Below are positions 47,609 to 55,820 of a stretch of 55,820 nucleotides of DNA, piece by piece. The position numbers and the translations under genes are program-made. Each line of letters begins with the position of its first letter. Within the stretch, counting starts at the first letter, position 1. This stretch comes from Octopus sinensis (lineage: Eukaryota): assembly GCF_006345805.1 (NCBI RefSeq), contig NW_021833782.1, positions 1-55,820 on the forward strand. Reading direction: 5' to 3'. Below the pieces are notes generated by a model that searched no databases, had not been told where the DNA came from, and was given only the letters and a program-made list of their open reading frames with translations.

Positions 47609-47859
47609 GGTGGTGGTGTTATGATTTCTTCCAGTAGAGAGACAAACAGAGTGAAAAGATAAGAATTCACCCTAGTATATGACTGGTATTTTATATATCA
47701 ACCTCAAAAAAAAAAAAAAAGAGAAATGAAAGATAAAAATTCACCTTGGCTGGGTTTGAACTCACAGTGCAGAGAACCAGATCAATTACCACAAAACAAT
47801 TTATTGAGTACTCTGGTAGTTCTGCCTACCTACTGCCTATTTCATTAAATTTATTTCTA

Positions 47860-48640
47860 AGGTGATGAGCTGGCAGAAATGTAAGCAAACCAGGGTGAAA
47901 TAATTAGCGGTATTTTGTCTGCCGCTACGTTCTGAGTTCAATTTCCGCCGAGGTTGACTTTGCCTTTCCTCCTTTCGGGGTTGATTAGATAAGTACCAGT
48001 TACGCACTGGGGTCGATGTAATCGACTTAACCCGTTTGTCCTCTCTGTGTTTAGCCCCTTGTGGGTAGTAAAGCAATAGGTATTTTGTCTGTCTTTACAT
48101 TCTGAGTTCAAATTCCACCGAGGTTGACTTTGCCTTTCCTCCTTTCGGGGTTGATTAGATAAGTACCAGTTACGCACTGGGGTCGATGTAATCGACTTAA
48201 CCCGTTTGTCCTCTCTGTGTTTAGCCCCTTGTGGGTAGTAAAGAAATAGGTATTTTGTCTGTCTTTACATTCTGAGTTCAAATTCCACCGAGGTTGACTT
48301 TGCCTTTCATCCTTTCAGGGTCGATAAATTAAGTACCAGTTACGCACTGTGGTCGATGTAATCGACTTAATCCGTTTATTTGTCCTTGTTTGTCCCCTCT
48401 ATGTTTAGCCCCTTGTGAGCAATAAAGAAATAAGAAACGTTAGCACGTTGGGCTAAATACTTAGCGGTATTTCGTCTGTCTTTACGCTCTGAGTTGAAAT
48501 TCCGCCGAGGTCGACTTTGCCTTTCATCCTTTCGGAGTCAATAAATTAAGTACCAGTTACGCACTGGGGTTGATCTAATTGACTGCCTTCCCACCCTTCC
48601 CAAAAATTTCGTACCTTATGCCTAGAATGGAAAAGAATAT
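47860..48640 (+). mobile_element. Head-to-tail SINE-B multimer (one headed copy, two internal 5'-truncated copies, a final copy with tail type 1)
   Basis: Tail 2 ends near 48070, 48248 and 48430. The first two junctions read aaag(c/a)aat-aggtattttgtc. Confidence 0.8.
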
Positions 48641-48766
48641 TCTTCAAACTGAAATTCTCTCCTCAATTTTCATTCCATTAAAAGATTATGTGTTTTTTTT
48701 TTTTCTCTTTGGGGAAAAATATAATGGTTATTTTTTTTTTGTTTTAATAATTTATCGTATTTCATC

Positions 48767-48797
<31 letters not shown>

Positions 48798-48893
48798 TTT
48801 GACCAATTCTAAATAATGTGGTTTTGTAAGATGAGATTCCTTCATTTGAAAGTCTGGCTTCTTTAATTATTAAGATGACAAACAACAACAACA

Positions 48894-48948
<55 letters not shown>

Positions 48949-49019
48949 CTGCAGTAGCTAAAACAAAAGGCCGCAACTACTACTACTACTACTATTACTA
49001 CTACTACTACTACTATTCA

Positions 49020-51070
49020 GTGTATATTGGTGTATGTGTGTGTGTGTGTATGTATGTGTTTGTTGTATTAGTGTGTGTGTGTGTGTGTATGTATGTGTTC
49101 GTTGTATTAGTGTGTGTGTGTGTGTGTATGTATGTGTTTGTTGTATTAGTGTGTGTGTGTGTGTGTATGTATGTGTTTGTTGTATTAGTGTGTGTGTGTG
49201 TGTGTATGTATGTTGTGTTCGTTGTATTAGTGTGTGTGTGTGTGTGTATGTATGTGTTTCGTTGTATTAGTGTGTGTGTGGTGTGATGTATGTGTTCGTT
49301 GTATTAGTGTGTGTGTGTGGGTGTATGTATGTATGTGTTCGTTGTATTAGTGTGTGTGTGTGTGTGTATGTGTGTTTTGTGGTATAGTGTGTGTGTGTGT
49401 GTGTATGTATGTATGTGTTCGTTGTATTAGGGTGTGTGTGTGTGTGTATGTTATGTGTTGTTTGTATTAGTGTGTGTGTGTGTGTGTATGTATGTGTTCG
49501 TTGTATTAGTGTGTGTGTGTGTGTGTATGTATGTGTTTGTTGTATTAGTGTGTGTGTGTGTGTGTATGTATGTATGTGTTCGTTGTATTAGTGTGTGTGT
49601 GTGTGTGTATGTATGTGTTTGTTGTATTAGTGTGTGTGTGTGTGTGTGTATGTATGTGTGTGTTGTATTAGTGTTGTGGTGTGTGTGTATGTATGTGTTT
49701 GTTTGTATTAGTGTGTGTGTGTTGTGTATGTATGTATGTGTTCGTTGTATTAGTGTGTGGGTGTGTGTATAGTAGGTGTTTGTTGTATTAGTGTGTGTGT
49801 GTGTGTTGTATGTATGTGTTTGTTGTTTATTAGTGTGTGTGTGTGTGTGTATGTATGTGTTTGTTGGTATTAGTGTTGTGTGTGTGTGTGTGTGTATGTA
49901 TGTGTTCGTTGTATTAGTGTGTGTGTGTGTGTATGTATGTGTTCGTTGTATTAGTGTGTGTGTGTGTGTGTATGTATGTGTTCGTTGTATTAGTGTGTGT
50001 GTGTGTGTATGTATGTATGTGTTCGTTGTATTATGTGTGTGTGTGTGTGTGTATGTATGTGTTCGTTGTATTAGTGTGTGTGTGTGTGTGTATGTATGTG
50101 TTCGTTGTATTAGTGTGTGTGTGTGTGTGTATGTATGTGTTCGTTGTATTAGTGTGTGTGTGTGTGTATGTATGTGTTCGTTGTATTAGTGGTGTGTGTG
50201 TGTATGTATGTGTTCGTTGTATTAGTGTGTGTGTGTGTGTATGTATGTGTTCGTTGTATTAGTGTGTGTGTGTGTGTATATATGTGTTCGTTGTATTAGT
50301 GTGTGTGTGTGTGTGTATGTATGTGTTCGTTGTATTAGTGTGTGTGTGTGTGTATGTATGTGTTCGTTGTATTAGTGTGTGTGTGTGTGTATGTATGTGT
50401 TCGTTGTATTAGTGTGTGTGTGTGTGTGTGTGTATGCGTGTTGTATTGGTGTGCATATGTGTGTTAATGTGTACATGCATGTGCATGTATGTGTGTTGTA
50501 TTAGTGTGCGTATGTGTGTATGTATGTGTGTGTGAGTTGCATTGGTATGCGTATGTATGTGTGTATTGTATTGGCGTGTGTATGTGTGTTATATTGGTGT
50601 GTATATGTGTGTGTGTGTGGATGTATGTATGTGTGTGTGTTGTATTAATGTGTGTGTGTGTGGATGTATGTATGTGTGTGTTGTATTAATGTGTGTGTGT
50701 GTGGATGTATGTTTGTGTGTGGATGTATGTATGTGTGTGTGTTGTATTAATGTGTGTGTGTGTGTGGATGTATATATGTGTGTGTGTTGTATTAATGTGT
50801 GTGTGTGTGGATGTATGTATGTGTGTGTGTTGTATTAATGTGTGTGTGTGTGGATGTATGTATGTGTGTGTGTTGTATTAATGTGTGTGTGGTGGATGTA
50901 TGTATGTGTGTGTGTTGTATTAATGTGTGTGTGTGTGGATGTATGTATGTGTGTGTGTTGTATTAATGTGTGTGTTGTATTAATGTGTGTGTGGATGTAT
51001 GTATGTTTGTGTGTTGTATTAATGTGTGTGTGTGTGGATGTATGTGTGTGTGTGTGTTGTATTAATGTGT
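49020..51070. repeat. Compound (GT)-based minisatellite: ~38 bp unit (gtatgtatgtgttcgttgtattagtgtgtgtgt), then a gtggatgtatgt...gttgtattaat variant
   Basis: Direct inspection. Confidence 0.9.
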
Positions 51071-51397
51071 GTGTATGTGTGTGTATTCTTTATTTGTGGA
51101 ATTGTGATACCAACAATGGTTTCGTGTAGGAAGTGCACAAATTATCAAACATTCCAGATTCAATGTTGGCAATCTGCCACCATGTCGTTAATCCACCAAC
51201 AAAGGATTTATTTATGCAGCAAATATGGAGTTTAGCACTCACCCTCACTGCTCGGCGCACACGGGCACACACACACACACACACACACACACATGCAGCT
51301 GTGTGGTAAGAAGCTTACCAGTTCCCAGTTCAGTCCCACTGCATAGCACCATATGCAACTGAGTGGATTTGGTAGGCGGAAAATGAAAGAAGCCTGT

Positions 51398-51429
<32 letters not shown>

Positions 51430-51439
51430 ATAATAATAA

Positions 51440-51870
51440 TGAAATTATTGTATACAGTGCTCAGGTGCACTACAACTTGTCAGAAAGTGCATATAAAGTA
51501 CATGCAGTAATGTAGAAATGTCCGGAAAGTGAACAATGTATGAGTCAGATACATGCTTGCGTGTGTATGGAGGGGAGAAAATCAGGTGTAGTGTGGCGAT
51601 CTCAGGAAGCATGGAAGTTTTGAAGGATGCAGTGCTCGACAACTAACAACTACTGATGCCGGCAGTTTGTTCCATGCTTCAACAACTCTCAGCATGAAAA
51701 AATGTTTCCTGAAGTCATGGGAGCTGTGCTGTTTTCTTACTTTGTAAATTGTCCACGGGTGTTAGATGGGTGGAAGTTGAAAGGTGCTCAGTTAGTTGTT
51801 GTTTGTACGATGGTTGATAATTTTATGGTTCCTGCCAAGTCAGCTGCCAGACGTCGGAGTTTCAATGTAT
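51440..51870 (-). mobile_element. CR1-type LINE 3' end
   Basis: Same family as 7390-7775 and 36960-37515 (tacagtgctcaggtgcactacaac...gctgccagacgtcggagtttcaatgt). Confidence 0.85.
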
Positions 51871-51892
51871 ACTTGCCCAGGGAAGTATATAT

Positions 51893-52100
51893 ATACCGGA
51901 GTAAACACATAAATGTGAAACAAGGTGGAAAAAAGAGTACTCAAATAACAGTGGTAGAGTAATATGCTTTATTTAAAGCAGCAGAAAATTCTATTCATCG
52001 GACAGTTTTTTCTATTCTAGCAAAATCTGTCTGATGAACGGCAACGCGAAACTAAGAGTAACAGGTTTTGTTGAATTTTCTGCTGCTTTAAATAAAGTAT
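51893..52100. mobile_element. Family-1 Penelope-like terminus with an inverted partial copy
   Basis: ctttatttaaagcagcagaaaatt (~51967) and aattttctgctgctttaaataaag (~52074) are inverted. The partial inverted core ttcatcggacagtttt precedes a sense hammerhead. Bounded by (TA)n. Confidence 0.65.
52022..52069 (+). ncRNA. Minimal type I hammerhead ribozyme, family 1
   Basis: aaaaucugu CUGAUGA a-cg-gcaa-cg-c GAAAC uaaga GUA acagguuuu. 9 bp stem I (one G.U); stem III acu-aag-agu. Confidence 0.8.
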
Positions 52101-52687
52101 ATATATATATATATATATAATAAATAAATGTGCCCTTTTAAAGCCTATCCAGGCTCATGGGCCCGGTTTCCCAGTTTCTATGGCATATGTGTTCCCCAGC
52201 TGGACGGGATGCCAGTCCATCGCAGCGTTACTCATTTTTGTCAGCTGAGTGGACTGGAGCAACGTGAAATGAAGTGTTTTGCTCAAGAACACAATGACTG
52301 AAACAAGTAAAAGAAGAATACAGAGAGAGGGGGGGGGAGTTTCTGTTGAATTAATTAATTTCTGTACTAATTACCCATCATGCCAATGTGTATAGTATTA
52401 AATCAAATAATTTTTTTTCTTCTAAATTCTAGAGAAAATAATTAAGTATATTTATTTGATATTTTATCTGTTTATTAAAAACACATTTTGTTCCACTCTT
52501 ATTCCCTTTGGTGCACTTTAAGATATCCATTTTAGCGCCATTTAGAAGGCTTCTGACAAAATCTGACAAACAAACAAAAGGCTTGGTGCCAAGAATTCTA
52601 ATGAAAGACATTTTTTTAAAGAAATGTTCAAATGAAAATAAAAAATGAACTTAAGGAAAAAAATAACCAAAAAATAATTATTCTGAA

Positions 52688-53085
52688 GGTGGCTGTGTGG
52701 TAAGTAGCTTGCTTACCAGCCACATGGTTCCAGGTTCAGTCCCACTATGTGGCACCTTGGGCAAGTGTCTTCTACTATAGCCTCGGGCCGACCAAAGCCT
52801 TGTGAGTGGATTTGGTAGACGGAAACAGAAAGAAGCTCATCATACATACACACATACATATGTGTATGTGTGTATATGTTTGTGTGTCTGTGCTTGTCCC
52901 CCTAGCATTGCTTGACAAACGATGCTGGTGTGTTTACGTCCCCGTAACTTAGCGGTTCGGCAAAAAGAGACCGATAGAATAAGTACTGGGCTTACAAAGA
53001 ATAAGTCCCGGGGTGGATTTGCTCGACTAAAGGCGGTGCTCCAGCATGGCCGCAGTCAAATGACTGAGACAAGTAAAAGTGTAAA
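52688..53085 (+). mobile_element. SINE-A
   Basis: Near full-length family copy. Confidence 0.85.
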
Positions 53086-53354
53086 AAAACAGAGTAATTT
53101 CTTGGATGTATTTTTTGTGGGGTGGGAGATAGGTGTAGTGTGGTTGTATTGTTAAGAAGTTCATTTCAAAATTATGTGGTCCTGAGTTCAATTCTTCTGT
53201 GTGACACCTGAAACTGTCTTCTGTCATCACCTCAGGCCAACAAATGGCATGTCAGTGAATTTGGCTGGCAGAGACTGTATTACGTCTATTTTCTCTCTTT
53301 CTATCTATCTGTCTTATCTATCTATTTATAGGTAGGCACTTTGGCAAGTTCCTT

Positions 53355-53545
53355 CAATTAAGCCTTGGGCCGCACTACACACATTTTTTCTCTCCTTGTT
53401 TTTTTCTGTGTCCCTTTCTGTAGAAGAGCGTAGGCTCGAAACGTTAAAAGACTTTTTCTATTCCTGAGCGTTATACTAATACATCTGTTTGTTTTGTACA
53501 CCAGCTGTCTTCGTCTTTTGTTTTTTTTTTCGTAAACTCTCCCCA
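53355..53545 (+). mobile_element. Family-2-related Penelope-like fragment with variant hammerhead core
   Basis: ccttt CTGTAGA agagc-gtag-gctc GAAAC GTT aaaag (53413-53450); A6 is replaced by U. Followed by ttcctgagcg as in the 46 kb units. Confidence 0.55.
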
Positions 53546-53764
53546 TTTATAGGACTACCTTGACCCAGGAAGCATCTTTAACTGGAGGACGGAAGTCTTT
53601 GGATCCACGAGATACAGGGTCAATTACAAATAGTGATAAAAGGGAGACAATCCCTTGTTGTTGACATAGTAACGAAGTCTTTTCCTCCTCCATTTTTTGG
53701 GAGAGACCATTGGCCAGTGGGTTCAGGGTCAAAGGAAATTCTGTGAAGCTAAACGTTGTATTGA

Positions 53765-53770
53765 TATAAT

Positions 53771-53822
<52 letters not shown>

Positions 53823-53851
53823 TATATATATATAGATGTATATATATATAT

Positions 53852-53891
<40 letters not shown>

Positions 53892-53898
53892 TATATTG

Positions 53899-53950
<52 letters not shown>
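53765..53950. repeat. (TA)n microsatellite
   Basis: Direct inspection. Confidence 0.95.
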
Positions 53951-53955
<5 letters not shown>

Positions 53956-54659
53956 TGGTTGCCAGGAGACTAAGGGGGCCCACCCGCAACTACAATGCTA
54001 TAATTGAATTTTTTTTTGTTTTTGTTAAAAGTATTCTTTTCAACTGTCTACAAGCACAGCCAGGCTAAAATAATTAATGCATTCTTCCAGGAGTGAATAA
54101 AAAATTCTCAAACTTGAGGGGACGGGCCCCTTAGATACTAACATGGGCTCCCATATATAGATTCTAATGACGCAGGGACCCACTTGCCATCGGGCAAGCT
54201 AGCAACCTGGCCAGTCTGCCACTGTATATACACTGCGTTTCAAATTATTTACAGCATAATATTTTGTTTTTATTCTATTTAAAAACTTCAAGGGAATTCA
54301 ATGAAATTTTCATAGAATGTTGGCAACAGTTCTATGATGATGGTGTGTAAAAAATGTGAAGTTCTGTAAAGCAACACAAACTATGGGCATTTAGCCAATT
54401 TATGTAAACTTTCAGTGTTTCAAATTATTAGCGAAGTTTAATTAAAACTCATGTAAACAAGACAACACCAATTTGTTTGATTCACACACAGAAATGAATA
54501 CATACAGTCGTAAAAACGGAAGAAAGAGAAATATACAAATAAACAGTGTTCAAAAAGGATAGGTGAGCTGGTTAGTAAGGGATATATGTGCCTTTGTTTT
54601 AAGTAAGTAGGAAAAGGCGCTGGTCCATGGAACATGCTAATTTCTGGATCTTCTCTGAT

Positions 54660-55070
54660 GCTATACCTATTTATTTACTGCCCACAAGGGGCTACACACA
54701 GAGGGGACAATCAAGGACAGACAAACGGATTAAGTCAATTATATCGATCCCAGTGCGTAACTGGTACTTATTTAATCGACCCCGAAAGGATGAAAGGCAA
54801 AGTTGACCTCGGCGGAATTTGAACCCAGAACGTTAGCTGCAGACGAAATACCTATTTCTTTACTACCCACAAGGGGCTAAACACAGAAAGGACAGACAAG
54901 CGGATTAAGTCGATTACATCGACTCCAGTGTGTAACTGGTACTTATTTAATTGACCTCGAAAGGATGAAAGGCAAAGTCGACCTCGGCGGAATTTGAACT
55001 CAGAACCTAGCTGCAGACGAAATACCGCTAGGCGTTTCGCCTGGTGTGCCAACGTTTCTGCCAGCTTCCC
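54660..55070 (-). mobile_element. SINE-B dimer (tail type 2)
   Basis: Two cccacaagggg tails with the same gacgaaatacctatttcttt junction as 21930-22340. Confidence 0.8.
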
Positions 55071-55254
55071 CCACTTGATGTTATACCACGTCATACAGCC
55101 ACTACTGCCTGTCACAATTCATCCTTTCTCAATTATCGTAAAATTCATCGCTTCAGAATTCTCAAGTTTTCTGTTGAGTTTAAGTTTTGGGGAACAGGCA
55201 GACGACTTCATCTTCAGAGGTCCACAGAAGCCTGTTGCAGAGGTGACCGGTAAT

Positions 55255-55486
55255 AAGGCGGCGAGCTGGCAGAAACGTTAGCACGTCGGGCGAAATGCTT
55301 AGCGGTATTTCGTCTGCCGTTACATTGTGAGTTCAAATTCTGCCGAGGTTGACTTTACCTTTCATCCTTTCGGGGTCGATAAATTAAGTACCAGTTATGC
55401 ACTGGGGTCGATGTAATCGACTTAATACCTATGTCTGTCCTTGTTTGTCCCCTCTATGTTTAGCCCCTTGTGGGTAATAAAGAAAT
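55255..55486 (+). mobile_element. SINE-B with tail type 2
   Basis: Full head, Meta-like central domain, tail gtccttgtttgtcccctctatgtttagccccttgtgggtaataaagaaat. Confidence 0.85.
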
Positions 55487-55820
55487 AGGTAATGAAGTCA
55501 CAGGAAAAAAAGTCACAATTAATTTATAGGATCCGGACAAAACCCACCTCGGGCAAAAACCTCACTAGACAAAACCCCTGTGACTTTATTGCCATGACTT
55601 TTTTTTTACCTTGATTCATTGCAGATACTCTGTAGTTTTCTTCACTGAGTGTGAGGGCGCATTATCTTGCATGAATATTATGGTTGTCTTGAAGACGATC
55701 CTTTGCTTTTTAACCAAGGTTCAAGGTGTTCCCTCAGAAAGGCTGTGGAAGTATCCACTGTCATTTTAACACCGTCAGGCACTTTCCAAAGATCAACCAT
55801 AATATCCCCAATTAATACCA

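Overview
Eukaryotic, very repeat-rich genomic DNA. The SINE families and microsatellite load suggest an octopus or other coleoid cephalopod (inference). One host gene is recognisable: SMUG1 (uracil-DNA glycosylase) on the + strand, in three coding exons (7012-7350, 22864-22983, 37967-38422; about 304 aa) separated by two ~15 kb phase-0 introns. The rest is tRNA-derived SINEs (families named A, B, C, D/E here for convenience), decayed LINEs (a near-complete Tx1/L1-clade ORF2, CR1-type 3' ends, two R4/Dong-type RLE fragments), small DNA transposons (mariner, hAT-like, Merlin-like, piggyBac-like, Helitron), Penelope-like terminal repeats and large micro/minisatellites. Nearly all other ORFs in the supplied track are repeat artefacts. 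Three observations stand out. (1) At least three sequence families of minimal type I hammerhead ribozymes, two of them in head-to-tail tandem repeats (765 bp and ~227 bp units) in a retrozyme/Penelope-like arrangement. (2) One SINE-B tail variant matches the 3' end of the Tx1 LINE in the same window. (3) An 11-copy, ~241 bp satellite built from a SINE-B copy plus its flank lies inside SMUG1 intron 2. All alignments and folds were done by eye, and repeat boundaries are approximate unless a TSD or splice site is quoted.
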